Shown here: positions 48,236 through 60,624 of the stretch, one piece after another
Layout of the letters: every line of letters starts with the position of its first letter
How positions within the stretch are numbered: the stretch's first letter is position 1
DNA from: Chlorokybus atmophyticus
Taxonomy: Eukaryota > Plantae > Mesostigma and Chlorokybus algae
NCBI GenBank assembly: GCA_009103225.1
Contig: RHPI01003369.1
Coordinates: 1,826,017-1,890,016, forward strand
DNA: 64,000 nucleotides
Direction: 5' to 3'
Position numbers and translations under genes: made by a program
The notes under the pieces: model-generated
Database searches by the model: none
What the model saw: only the letters and a program-made list of their open reading frames with translations
Told to the model about the DNA's origin: nothing

Positions 48236-49957
48236 ATGATGCCAAATGCATGTCCCGGTATAGCTGTGCTAGTGGCGTGTGCTATCTGCCTGTTGGGGTT
48301 GCTTCCGCTGGGGCAGGCCGGCGAGGTGAGCATAGAGGAGCAGAGCATCATCAATGCCGACAATGACTTCATCCTCCTGCCACGCATGGCTACGGCTCCA
48401 GAGGATCGCCCGGAGCATGACGACTTCTTGCACAACGTGAGTGCAGTAAAGTGGTAAACGAGATGGGCTCACAATGCGATCTGCTTGCAAAGTCATGCGT
48501 TGTTGCAGTCAAGTTGGGTGCTATGTGGCTCACGTTGCAATGTAGTGATAGTCGGCATCACATCATGCACTTGTTCGTTCTTGCAGTTGGAGTTTGCAAA
48601 GGGGCAGCTAAAACTGATTAACCAGACAAGCAAGGATGGAAGCGGCCGACAGCTGCCTGCAGCAATCTGTTTTGAAGGCAGGTTGCTGCCTAACATGTTC
48701 ATATTTGGCTCGCCAAAGGCTGGAACCACAACCCTGTGGGCCTACCTGGTTAGGTATGCCATGTGTGGATTCTTTAAGGAATGCACGATTGCCATCACTT
48801 TGGTTCTTGCTTCATAATGTTTTGCAAACACTGTCCTGCATGCAGTCCCTTAGCACATGACAGCGCCTGGAGCTTCCCCAAGGAACCAAAGGTTTTGGGT
48901 CAATCGCGCCCGATGTGGACAGCAACAAAGATAGCAATTGACTACGCGCCACGCTTTCCCACATGTGATCAAGCCAACAATGGCGTAAGCACAATGCGCA
49001 CAGTATTCCTTACCGTGTCTGGATTCTTGTGTGTTGCTTGTACATTGCCAGTCAGCAGGCTCATTCAACTCTGCCCTGGCAGACATATTACGTAGTGGAT
49101 GGCTCTCCAGTCTACATCTACCGAGACCAAGCCCCAACTCAAATCGTGCAAATATATGGGACAGAGGCGTCCAAGCGACTGAAGTTCATTGCAACGCTGA
49201 GGAACCCAGCAGATAGAATACTATCCTTCTTCAACTCGTACGGGAAGGCGCTTGGCTACATCCCATGTGACGCCAACTTTGATGAGTGGGTGATACAACA
49301 TTTGGATGCGACTGACTTGTGCTTTAGAGCTGCTGGCATGCACCGCTCATCTCCTGGAAACCTTCCAATGGTGAGCTGCAACTAGTCTTGTGTGTCCTCC
49401 TCACCACACCAGCTCGATGTACGCAAGTTGGCACATCACTTTGTGTCATGCTGACAAGGCTGTCTTGCAAACAGGCTTATCGCCGCTGCCAACGCCTGAA
49501 TCAGATTGTTCAGTCCTGGCATGCAATGCAGCTATTCAATTGGTTCAACTACTTCAGCCCACACCAATTTATGTTCATAGACTTCGATGATGTGAATGAC
49601 AACCCCAAAGAGACTGTGCACAAGGTAAGTTGCAGTACTAGACACGGGTCTAGCGTCCATGTGGCATGTATATCTGATTCTACCATGTTGCAGATGTTTG
49701 ACTTCGCAGGCATCCCATTCGATGAGTTTGAGTTTCAGCCGCTCATTGCCAACAATGGCTCAGAACAAGTCAAAAAATGTGCCCGCCAGAAGGAGATGCT
49801 GCCTTCCACGCGCGAAGCGATTGACGAGTTTTTCCTGCCTTTGAATGTGCAATTGAGGAACATCATGGTTAGAACCGGTCATGGGGATTCCGTGCCTGCA
49901 TTCGCCCTGCGCTCTCATGACTTATATTTGTCGCGGAAGAAGACAGGAGCACAGTAG
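48236..49957 (+). CDS. Secretory-pathway PAPS-dependent sulfotransferase, heparan-sulfate sulfotransferase (HS3ST/NDST)-like
   Basis: Exons 48236-48436, 48587-48753, 48846-48984, 49083-49370, 49475-49624, 49694-49957. 5'-PSB loop LPNMFIFGSPKAGTTTLWAYL, KE motif (FPKEPK), DGSPVY, 3'-PB motif LKFIATLRNPADRILSFF, W...F...QFMFIDF, and C-terminal REAIDEFFLPLNVQL. Hydrophobic N-terminus IAVLVACAICLLGLLPLGQAG. Confidence 0.88.
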
Positions 49958-50234
49958 GCATAATGGAAATTTGGTGACAGTGGTCGGTTGTATTATCTGT
50001 AAGTATGGCTGCAGTATATTGAGCTGAGGTGTTAGAAGTGGGTTGGTAGAGGGGTGGGTGAAAACATGTGTTAAATCATAGCAAGCCCTGTTTTAGTTCT
50101 TCAACATGGTGGACAAGCGCTGAAAGCATTTCATTCATATATGAAATAGCGGTTGTGATGATTAATTGCGCTAGGGCGTTGTAGATATGTGACCATATTG
50201 ATGGCCTATCGTATTTGCCCGAATGCCCCCCCCC

Positions 50235-50421
50235 NNNNNNNNNNNNNNNNNNNNNNNNNNNNNNNNNNNNNNNNNNNNNNNNNNNNNNNNNNNNNNNNNN
50301 NNNNNNNNNNNNNNNNNNNNNNNNNNNNNNNNNNNNNNNNNNNNNNNNNNNNNNNNNNNNNNNNNNNNNNNNNNNNNNNNNNNNNNNNNNNNNNNNNNNN
50401 NNNNNNNNNNNNNNNNNNNNN
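50235..50421. other. Assembly gap (N run) preceded by a C homopolymer
   Basis: 187 N characters after TATCGTATTTGCCCGAATGCCCCCCCCC, which resembles the MITE end at 7204. Confidence 0.99.
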
Positions 50422-51188
50422 NCTTAATAAAATATAACAGGCGTTTGTAGCTTCGTTATGTGGTTCGGTTGTGCCATAAAACCAATGCTGTATACGTTTG
50501 TTGTTAATAATAACTTCTTTTTCATCTCGTTTTATAACCGGTTGGACTGTACGGTGCCTACGTACATATGTAGCAATGTTAGTAACACTGTTACATATAT
50601 ATTATGTGCCAAGGTTGCATGAATGTTGAACTCCTGCATATAGTGGCGCTTTTGCAACCATATCATGGTTAACGACCCCATCTTTTTATGACAATCACAA
50701 CCATCAACCACTTTTCATGTTGATTGGTCTATGCAGCCGCCATTATAAGTCGTGTAGGTGCACTATAAGAGCATGTGGCCGCCGTCGTCATCATATAGCC
50801 AGCAGCGCTGCAGAACTCAGCTGCTTTGCTAATAACTTTGAGTAACGATGTGAAGAGTTGGGTAGGCTCTGCGTGTACGGTAGCCATTCTGCTGAGACGT
50901 TTGTGATATGAATTGTCTTTAAGGTTGTTTGTGCTTTATTGTTACATTTGCGCCTTCATTATAATGTATGGTGCGGGGTCTGCGCCACATTGCCTTATAA
51001 GTTAAAGAATGGGGTTTATATTTGTTCGCTTTGATACATTGTCAACAACTGACTCTGATGTAGATCGAACGCTCTTGCTCACAAACCACTTAACGTTGCT
51101 AGCATATTGCACTGATGTGTTCCTACCAGCCATGACACACAATTGGTTGTCATCATTAACTTTCACAAACGGTAACACACCGCTTGTT

Positions 51189-51684
51189 CACCATGAATGG
51201 TCCGTCACGCAGGACCGGGATTATTCCCTGCTAAGTGAACTTGACGGACCATGCATGGTCCGGTTTTCATGGACAGTCGGACCATACATGGTCAAAATTT
51301 CACGTAAATGGCACAATTGTTCTTGGGACGCACCAGGCATAGTGGTCAATATGCATGAGATGTGTGGACCATGCATGGTGCGATGCCCCTTGGAACAGTG
51401 AACTATGCATGGTTTGTTGCTTGCTTCATGTCCGATAACTGAAAGTCGCACCATACTATGTAGTACATGGTCCATGGATACGAACCGCAAGTTATATTTG
51501 TTACTGAATTGCACGGACATTCATGGTGCGCTACCCTCCTAGCACAGGGGACCACATATGGTGCCAGTCTGGTCGACAGTCGCACCATGAATGGTCCATG
51601 GCTATCGTCAAGCTGTTGCGCATACATGGTGGCCACAAGCGGCACCATGTATGGTCTTGCCAGACACCGCACTATACATGGTGC
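51189..51684. repeat. Irregular array of about 10 palindromic motifs, core ACCATGCATGGT
   Basis: Perfect GGACCATGCATGGTCC at 51246-51261; variants near 51189, 51279, 51366, 51401, 51549, 51582, 51620, 51641 and 51669. Three are preceded by (C/A)AGTCG. Confidence 0.88.
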
Positions 51685-54569
51685 GGTCTACCTTGATTTG
51701 ATTTGGTGTACCAATCATAGTCTGTCATGATGTCACTTCCATGGAAGCCATGCACGGTGTGAGCGCTGTTTCATGCACCACGCCTGGTGCATACAATGTG
51801 CCACGCATATAATGCACAAAAATGCTGTGATGGACAATCAATGAACAGTCCCATCATGATCATCAGTAGCAAGCTAGCGTCATGTACTATACCTACAGTC
51901 TCCTATATGCACTGCACCCTGCGGTTGTCAGTCGCAGCTGACAACATCTTTCACTGGTAGAAATGGGTTTTGGCAAGTAATGCTGGATGCCTAACTTTAT
52001 TAGAGATTTAGTGCAAAGTTTGTTAGGGATTCGCGAGATCCCTAATTAGTGTATAGCTAGATCTCTGTGTAAGTTTGAACCTGTCACAAGCGGCCATCAG
52101 CCGGTCGCATATTTTGTATTGAATCTCTAGCAACGTTGGGAACCGGGCGTTGCAATTGTCATCATACACGGTTGTGACAAACTTGCACGGATGTTGATTA
52201 AATTATTATTATTATTATTATTGACCACTTCTCTAACGCCGTTGAAGACACGGTGATTACATTACACGCATTTAGGTCAAAACAATGGCCGGTGCGATTC
52301 CTTGTTGCGACCGTGATTGATTCCATCATTGATGCATGTATCTAACAGTCATAAAGTTGTAACGTCGGTCGCTACACCACACTACTTTAACTGCCTAAGT
52401 ATTTGCCACCTAATCATCAGTATATCGCTGGTCCAAGCTTGCTTTTAGGTACTTAAGTACCTACAGGCGTGCCCGCGGCCTACCTGGTACTTGACTTATA
52501 ACGCAGCATACTATGCCCAGTGGTCATTGACCACTCTATCAATTATTAACGCACCGGCGCAATTTACAAATGGTGGGTGACACATGGAGTTTATGGCAAC
52601 AGGATGCCCTACAAGCAACGCTGTGGCTAAATGCTTGGCGTCGCTAACTCGGGATTCAGTCTCCACGCCACCCGCGGACCAACAACTTATGTGCAAACAC
52701 CTACCAGCCTAGCTATTTAACAATAATAAGCTGTTTATCGAGTTGTCTACAGTATTTCGCAATGTATACACATGTAACATGCTTTTGTTAACATTATGTA
52801 TACACAGAATATATGATAATAAACACTTGTATGCGCATGTCAATACTGTTTACCGGTAGTGCTTCTGTATACAACCTTGGTGCATGCGTCGCGTGACACA
52901 TGCATTGCGTAAACATGAATGCAATACAACTGGCACATGAGACAATTGACAAAGCAAGTAATAAGATATTGTGCTAGCAAACATCTCTCAGCGCGTCTCG
53001 TATCGTCGTAGTCTAGTTAGTCAATGCGTAGGTGTTAGGTCGTTTGCTACTAACTTGGCAAACTTGCCTGCATAAGTTCGATCACCGCCGGTGAAAAAAC
53101 TGTGTCAATACTACTTATTTTTGATTTCTACCGCGGATTGCAGTTATACAACCGCATTAAGATTAAGTTCATTGATGCATGATTTAACCTGAAATTATCA
53201 AAGGATGTGGGTATAATTAATTTCAAGAAAAGACGGATATTGAACTTAATGCACATCAACTACTTCACCTTAATGGCTGCTGAGTACCAAACCAAATTGT
53301 GACTAAGTAGGAAAAGAGGTAGAAACCAGTACCTCGGTTGCTATTGAATACCCAATTAAGTTATGATTGAATTCCTAACCAAGTTGCGGTCAAAGCCAAA
53401 CTGTTGGGGGGCCATTTCTACCGGTGTTTATCGTGTAGCACCTTCGCCTGAGCAGCTGAACCCCATGTGAAGCCACTCCTAGAAATATTTCCACATTGTG
53501 CTGACTCCAAGCCTTAGAAGCTAACCGTAGCCTCAAGAGCCGGTGACACCCTTGCTTGACAGCCTTTGTGGACAGCCCCTTCTTATAAAAGACATACGGT
53601 ATTGAGACACACATGTAAGTATAGCACAATAAACCACCCATCTAGGATGACAAGGGCTGTCGCATCCACTCCTCTTGGGTTGCCATGGCTTTTTCTTCCT
53701 TGCCTCGCTCAACAGCCCTGCAATGTGTAGTCATCTCGACAACTACTCAAGGACTGTCAATGACTTGCAGTTCTATATGCATACATGATAGTTTGTGAGA
53801 TTCATAGCGCCACTCGCACCCTCTTTCAACCTCGTCGTTGGCCACCAACCACTTTTTCTCTGCTGCATAGCTGACATCTGCTCGCAAGATCCTCTCGTAT
53901 GGATAAGACTCCATTCGCCCAGGATCCTTCGATGGCAGCTGGTGACGACAGATGAACACCGCGTGCTCAATGTGCTGGTAGTACTCGTACACGTCCATTG
54001 CCTGTTCTCTAGTGGGGGCGTTTGGTTTGGTGTCGCAAACAATCGCAGCAAAATCCAAGTCCATTGCACCGTTTGATCTTTACAATTAAAGATGGCTCAA
54101 GCAGCCTGCACATGTCAAGCATCCGTTAAATGTGCACTGGTAACCGTCCATATGGGACAGCCTGTGTCTGTCAAGTGACTATGAGGACCACAAGCGCGCG
54201 GCGTAACATAACAGCATACAAGCATGAATGTATGTGTGTGTAATTGTCCGTATCCTTGAGAGGCAGTGAGCAACAGATAGTTGGAGACAGTGCGTGATGT
54301 TGTCAGAGATGATATGTGTGCTATTATGAGTGTGCGCGCAAACGCATGCCAATGAGTCATGCCATGCGCTAACATAGCCCTTATTGACCTTTGTGTCTGT
54401 GCTGAGCTGAGTTACGGTCGTAGGCAGTCAGTCCTTGATGCAACCCGGCACCACAATGCGATCATTGTTGCCGCATGGCTCATATGGATAGATGCCTCCG
54501 CTGACCAAAAACATCATGGGCCACTCCATCTCCCTGTCATAAATATTGTTGGATACAAGAAATGCTCAT

Positions 54570-55241
54570 TGTAACACTCAAGGCTAAATTCTGTGATTTT
54601 CATGGCCGTTTTAGGCCTTATTTGTAAGGTACATGTTTCTAATGACTTGTGGCGGATATCGGCGAGTTATGAGTCTGCCGCGGATATCGACCGGGGCCCC
54701 AAGACCAGTCCGGAAGGTGCCAGAAAACGGAGGGCCAGTCGAGAAGGGCTCGACCAGATTTCTGGAAGGGCCTGGCGCCAAGTAGTGTAACTTGACCATA
54801 TGAGCAGCAAATTAGGAGATCTTTGGTGCGTTGGAAAGGTCTAGAAGTGTACTACAAGATTCTGCAAGAATATCTTAGCTTCTAGTTCCGTCTAGCGCTA
54901 GAATCGTCTAGACAGTAGCATGTGCAGACTGGTAGGTATAAAAGTGACATTCTACAATTTGCAATACAACCTTTAGCTCCCTAGTTTCTTGTGTGCAAGC
55001 TTGGTGGTGGTTAGCAGGGGTTGCTAGCGTGTGCCCACCGGTGTGTGCTTGCTTGTGTGACGATCCAAGGCGCTACACAAGTCGGTGTGTAGCTTCGAGC
55101 GCATGCGCGTGCGTACGCGAGTGGCGGGGCGCGCGTGTGTGCTTGGCAGAGGGGGCAAGGTTCCGGTGTGAATACCGTGTCTTGGTGAGAGGGTTGTGGA
55201 TTGGACCAACTCACAGGTGACAAGGCACGAGCACCGTCACA
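54570..55241 (+). repeat. 5' LTR
   Basis: TGTAACACTC...CCGTCACA; TATAAAAG near 54937. Confidence 0.97.
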
Positions 55242-55243
55242 AC

Positions 55244-55255
55244 TGGTATCGGAGC
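55244..55255 (+). promoter_or_regulatory. Primer-binding site, initiator tRNA-Met type
   Basis: TGGTATCGGAGC 2 nt after the LTR; one difference from canonical TGGTATCAGAGC. Confidence 0.9.
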
Positions 55256-55335
55256 ACGGTTTACGAAGGTGAGAGAGGAAGTGTGTGGGCGTTTACACTT
55301 TTCATTCGGAAGCGGAGTGTAGTGTGTTAGTGGAG

Positions 55336-56364
55336 ATGGAGGATGCTCGCATGGAAGAGCTTCAAGCTGCCATCTTGGCACTGAGGGAAGAGCTTCATCA
55401 CACTCAAGCGGCGGCACAAGCACAACGCGAGGCGTATGAGCATGCGATGGCGCGTGTACAAATTCCCATGGCATCAAGCTCGCGCGTGCATGTGAAGGTG
55501 CCAAAGCCCAAGCCATTCAGGGGTCAACGTGATGGAGATGCAGTGGAGGAATGGATTTTTCAAGTATCGTCTTGGTTGAAGCTCACGGAGGTGCCCACGC
55601 ATCTGCACGTGGAGGTTGCAGCGACATTGCTTGAAGGTGCAGCACTTGTGTGGTGGAGGCATCGATGTACACGTGTTGCAAACGGGTTGGCGCTACCATT
55701 GACCACCATGGAAGAATTGGCACTTGAGGTTAGGCATCAATTTGTTCCCGTTGAGAGCGTGAAGGCCGCACGCGACAAACTTGCAGCCCTTGTGCAAATG
55801 GGGTCGGTGATGGCGTACACGGCCGCGTTTCAGCGATTGGTGATGTCCATACCCAATATGACCGAGGAGGAGCAGTTGGACAGGTATACACGTGGTTTAA
55901 AACCTTTGGGGCGTAAAGAAGTGGAGCTACGGGACCCGAAGACACTCGCGGAGGCTATACGCATCGCGGAGCGTCTCGACGCGTTGTACTTCAAGTCCAC
56001 CACAAGAAACACTGACTGGAGGCAAAGGCATGGTGATCAGCCCCGGGGAGGCTTTCAACATGCATGGAGACGAGGAGAACCAAGTTTAGCACTTGCCAAT
56101 GGAGGTGGAGCTGACTCTGGGCCTGCACCAATGGAGGTGGGTGCCATACACACACATGGAAGTGAGGCGAAGCACAGCGGACGTGGTGAAAGAGGTAAAG
56201 GTGTGCGCAAGTGTTATGCGTGTGGGTCGACGGAGCATTTGGCGTACGGATGCCCCAAACGAAGCACGCAAAGGCCAACACCGGATGGCAACCCTCGCCG
56301 TGATCGTCGCGTCACCACCATGGAGCAAAATGGCGTGGAGCAGGAAAACGACTTCCCCCAGTAG
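55336..56364 (+). CDS. gag: Gag (Retrotrans_gag region plus CCHC zinc knuckle), intact ORF
   Basis: KVPKPKPFRG...VEEWIFQV, LEGAALVWW, EQLDRYTRGLKP, PAPMEVG, CYACGSTEHLAYGC; ends QENDFPQ-stop. Confidence 0.95.
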   Translation: MEDARMEELQAAILALREELHHTQAAAQAQREAYEHAMARVQIPMASSSRVHVKVPKPKPFRGQRDGDAVEEWIFQVSSWLKLTEVPTHLHVEVAATLLEGAALVWWRHRCTRVANGLALPLTTMEELALEVRHQFVPVESVKAARDKLAALVQMGSVMAYTAAFQRLVMSIPNMTEEEQLDRYTRGLKPLGRKEVELRDPKTLAEAIRIAERLDALYFKSTTRNTDWRQRHGDQPRGGFQHAWRRGEPSLALANGGGADSGPAPMEVGAIHTHGSEAKHSGRGERGKGVRKCYACGSTEHLAYGCPKRSTQRPTPDGNPRRDRRVTTMEQNGVEQENDFPQ

Positions 56365-59300
56365 GTGAGGAGGCTTTTGCTGGGGATAGGAAGGAGCCTC
56401 ATGCACGGACGGATGCTGTGACAGTTCCATTAAAGAAGCAAGAAGAGATGGCTTTGAACGCGCCAATGGTGGTGAGTTATGCAAACGAGGAGACAACAAA
56501 GTACTTCAGGCTTCGAGCACACATTTGCGATGACCAAGGACGATGGAGAGAGTGTAAGCTCATGATTGATAGCGGTGCCAACAGCAACTTTATGAGTATT
56601 GATATTGCGCGGCGTTACGGTTGGCTTTCGTCATTACGAGGAGGTGAAGTGAAGCTCGCTGATGGAGAGCCACCCTCTGGAGGTGATGGCGCTGCGTTTA
56701 TGACCAAAGAGTTGTGCGTTTGCATTGGGAAGATGAAGGAGAGCATGCGGTTTTGCTGCATCACCCTACGGAACGGGTTTGATGGGATTTTGGGACTACC
56801 GTGGCTATGGCAACATAATCCAGCCATCAATTGGAGGAAGCGCGTGTTCACCATCGAGCGAAACGGTGGAGAGTCCATTCAAGCTGCATCGGGACGTCAT
56901 CGAGGCGCGGCACGCACAATTAGGTGGTACAACAATTGCCCAGATCTCATATGTGCAATTGAGGAAGTTATTGTCTCCACGGAAGGCAAAGGCTGCATGG
57001 TTGTGCGTGGTGCGCGAAAACACTGCAAAGTCAGCACCGGAGCTGAGTGACGATGTTCAGACGGCTACTATGGACCCCGAGGTGTGTAAACTTGTTAAAG
57101 AATACCAAGATCCTATATCATGGTGGACGGACTTCCATCTGGTCTACCACCTCCACGGAGCGTAGACCACCGTGTGGAGCTGATTGAGGGCGTGCACAAG
57201 CCACCGTATCGACCCGTATACAAGTTGTCACCTTTGGAACTGGAAGAGGCCGAGAGGCAGGTGGCGGACTTGCTGGAAAGAGGCTACATCAGGCCTAGTA
57301 AGTCCCCCTATGGTGCACCTATTTTGTTTGTACGAAAGAAGAACGGGAGCTTGCGCATGTGCGTCGACTACCGAGCTCTCAACAACATCACGAAGAGGAA
57401 TTGCTTTCCACTCCCACGTATCGACGAGTTGCTGGAGCAATTGCAAGGTGCGCAGTACTTCACAACACTTGATCTTGCTGGAGGTTATCACCAAATTCGC
57501 ATCGCGCCCGAGGATGTGGAGAAAACAGCTTTTAACACACGTTATGGGCACTACGAGTGGTTGGTCATGTCCTTCGGACTTACGAACGCACCGGCAACAT
57601 TTCAAACGCTTATGAACAGCGTTTTTGCTGACTTGATTGGTAAGGGAGTCCTCGTGTACCTCGACGACATTTTGGTGTACGCGACAACAAAGGAGGAGCA
57701 CGTGGCACTTCTACGGCGCGTGTTGCAGCGTTTGCGCGAACACAAGTTGTACGCCCAGCTACAGAAGTGCAAATTCTTGCTTCGAGAGGTGGAGTACCTA
57801 GGCCACATTGTGTCGCATGAAGGCATCAAGCCGGACCCCAACAAAGTGCAGGTGGTGCGCGAGTGGGCTGCCCCGACCAATGTAAAGGAGGTGATGTCCT
57901 TTTTAGGCCTTGCGGAGTATTATCGCAAGTTTATCATGGGGTTTTCGCGCATAGCTGCTCCCTTGACTACCCTACTCAAGAAGGGAAAGCATTGGAGCTG
58001 GTCAGCAACAGAGGAACATGCATTTGCTGCGTTGAAGAAGGCGCTGACGGAGGCACCAGTCCTGGCTCACCCCAACATGGAAAAGACATTTATTTTGGCT
58101 TGCGACGCGTCCGACACAGCCGTAGGAGCTGTTTTGCAGCAAGACCATGGCAACGGCCTTCAACCAGTAGCATTCTTCAGCAAAAAGATGAGTGGTGCGG
58201 AGCTGAATTACCCCGTGCACGAGAAGGAACTTTTAGCGCAAGTCATGGCGCTACGACAATGGCGTTGTTTTCTGGAAGGCAAAAAGTTCGTGCTTGAGAC
58301 GGATCACTCTCCACTGAGGTACTTACAAACACAACCTCATCTGAGTCGCAGACAAGCTCGATGGCTTGAGTTCTTTCAACTTTTTGACTTCGATATCAAG
58401 TACAAGCCCGGTACGTCAAATGGTGTTGCTGACGCGCTGAGCCGGCTTAATGCAATTGAGGCACTCGCTCAAGTGCAGCCCGAGTGGACCGACCAGATTC
58501 GGCAAGTGCTTCGTGAAGACACGGAGGGTATGAAAGTGTTGCAAGAGCTGGAAAATACAGCTACGGACACAAGTGGGCACTGGTCAATGCGCGACGGGCT
58601 GCTGTGGCACCATGGGCGCTTGTACATCCCCAACGTCGCGCATATCCGTGTGAAGTTGCTGAAGGAAGCTCATGACGTGCCCATTGCTGGTCACCAAGGG
58701 TTGGAAAGGACTTTGGCAAGCTTAAAACAGCGTTTTTACTGGCGAGAGATGCATCGCGATGTGCGCGACTACGTGGCGTTGTGCGACGCATGCCAAAGGG
58801 TGAAGGCAAGCAACCAAAAGCCAGGTGGGTTGCTGCAACCTCTCCCTGTGCCATTGTCCAAGTGGGAGCAAGTTACCATGGACTTTATCACGGGGCTACC
58901 AAAGACAAAAGAAGGGTACGACGCTATACTTGTGTTCGTCGATAAAACCAGCAAAATGGTACGCTTGGCACCGTGTAGTGAGTCTTGCACGGCACCGGAG
59001 GCAGCACGCTTGTTCGTGAAGCATGTATTTCGTTCTCATGGATTACCACGAAGCATTGTGAGTGATCGCGACCCGCGCTTTACAAGTAAGTTTTGGGAGG
59101 CGCTGCATAGTGCACTGGATACCACATTGAAGTTTAGCACGGCATTCCACCCGCAAACTGATGGGCAAACGGAGCGGGCCAACCGTGTGATCGAGGACAT
59201 GCTGCGTTGCTACATTAACGCGCGACAAGACAATTGGGAGGAGCTGCTTGAGTTGGTTGAGTTTGCGATCAACAACCACCACAATGCAAGCACAGGTGTC

Positions 59301-59957
59301 ACTCCCTTCCTTATGAACTACGGGCAACATCCATTGACACCGTTGACGGCATGGACACCGCGACGACATGACGTGCGTGTGGAGGCAGCTAATGACTTCC
59401 TTACAAAGTGCGCGGACATTAACAAGGCAGCTAGGGATGCGTTATTGGTGGCACAAAATCTGCAGAAGCAGTACGCGGGCGCGTATCGCCGACACCTCAC
59501 GTTTTAGGAAGGCGACATTGTGTTACTCTCCGCGAAGCACGTCCAGGTGCGTACGGGAGTTCGCAAGCTGAATGAACGCTGGTTGGGACCATTTAAGGTC
59601 AGCAAAGTTATCTCGGACGTGGCGTACAAGTTGGAGCTACCCGACACCATGCGTGTGCACCCCGTTTTTCACGTCTCCCTTCTGAAAGCATATCGAGGAC
59701 AACCGCCAGAAAGGCCACCCCCCGAAGTTGGCACGGACGGTGAACCCGAGTGGGAGGTAGAAGACATCCTTGGTGAGAAGTTTGTGCATGGCGTACGCAA
59801 GTTCTTAGTGAAATGGAAGGGCTATCCGTTGCATGAAGCATCCTGGGAGCCAGAGGCACACTTGACTAATGCTCAAGACGTTGTGCGTGCCTATCTTGCT
59901 CGACGACAACCTCGCGAGCTTCGAGGACGAAGCTCACCTGGGGGGGGAGGAGTGTAA
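56343..59957 (+). pseudogene. pol: Pol (protease, RT, RNase H, integrase, chromodomain) with lesions as assembled
   Basis: Protease LMIDSGA; RT SKSPYGAPILFV, RMCVDYRALN, YLDD; RNase H CDASD, ETDH; integrase HDVPIAGH..CDAC, MDFI, SDRD, QTER; WLGPF; chromodomain EWEVEDIL..FLVKWKGY..SWEP. Two frame switches near 56870 and 57115, and an in-frame TAG at 59505-59507. Confidence 0.93.
59940..59952 (+). promoter_or_regulatory. Polypurine tract
   Basis: GGGGGGGGAGGAG directly before the 3' LTR. Confidence 0.93.
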
Positions 59958-60624
59958 CACTCAAGGCTAAATTCTGTGATTTTCAAGGCCGTTTTAGGCC
60001 TTATTTGTAAGGTACATGTTTTTAATGACTTGTGGCGGATATCGGCGAGTTATGAGTCTGCCGCGGATATCGACCGGGGCCCCAAGACCAGTCCGGAAGG
60101 TGCCAGAAAACGGAGGGCCAGTCGAGAAGGGCTCGACCAGATTTCTGGAAGGGCCTGGCGCCAAGTAGTATAACTTGACCATATGAGCAGCAAATTAGGA
60201 GATCTTTGGTGCGTTGGAAAGGTCTAGAAGTGTACTACAAGATTCTGCAAGAATATCTTAGCTTCTAGTTCCGTCTAGCGCTAGAATCGTCTAGACAGTA
60301 GCATGTGCAGACTGGTAGGTATAAAAGTGACATTCTACAATTTGCAATACAACCTTTAGCTCCCTAGTTTCTTGTGTGCAAGCTTGGTGGTGGTTAGCAG
60401 GGGTTGCTAGCGTGTGCCCACCGGTGTGTGCTTGTTTGTGTGACGATCCAAGGCGCTACACAAGTCGGTGTGTAGCTTCGAGCGCATGCGCGTGCGTACG
60501 CGAGTGGCGGGGCGCGTGTGTGTGCTTGGCAGAGGGGGCAAGGTTCCGGTGTGAATACCGTGTCTTGGTGAGAGGGTTGTGGATTGGACCAACTCACAGG
60601 TGACAAGGCACGAGCACCGTCACA
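59953..60624 (+). repeat. 3' LTR
   Basis: Near-identical to 54570-55241 and followed by TSD CTCAT. Confidence 0.97.

Larger units (their letters stand above)
54570..60624 (+). mobile_element. Full-length Ty3/gypsy chromovirus LTR retrotransposon, 6055 bp
   Basis: LTRs 54570-55241 and 59953-60624 (672 bp each, TG...CA, 5 mismatches counted by eye), 5-bp TSD CTCAT (54565-54569 and 60625-60629), PBS, PPT and domain order gag-PR-RT-RH-INT-chromodomain. Confidence 0.98.

Noticed and set aside
51189-51684. CRISPR array
   Set aside because: Eukaryotic context, degenerate 12-16-bp repeats, irregular spacers and no cas genes.
51110-51868. CACTGATG ... CATCAGTA as TIRs enclosing the palindrome array
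   Set aside because: Only 7 of 8 bases match, the match does not extend, and no 3-bp TSD is seen.
53747-54064. 105-aa minus-strand ORF left of the gypsy insertion
   Set aside because: May be a C-terminal piece of the CACTA coding region, but I could not match a motif, so it is not called.
54593-55223. Short ORFs inside the LTRs, repeated at 59976-60603
   Set aside because: Duplicated only because the LTRs are duplicated; no coding signature.
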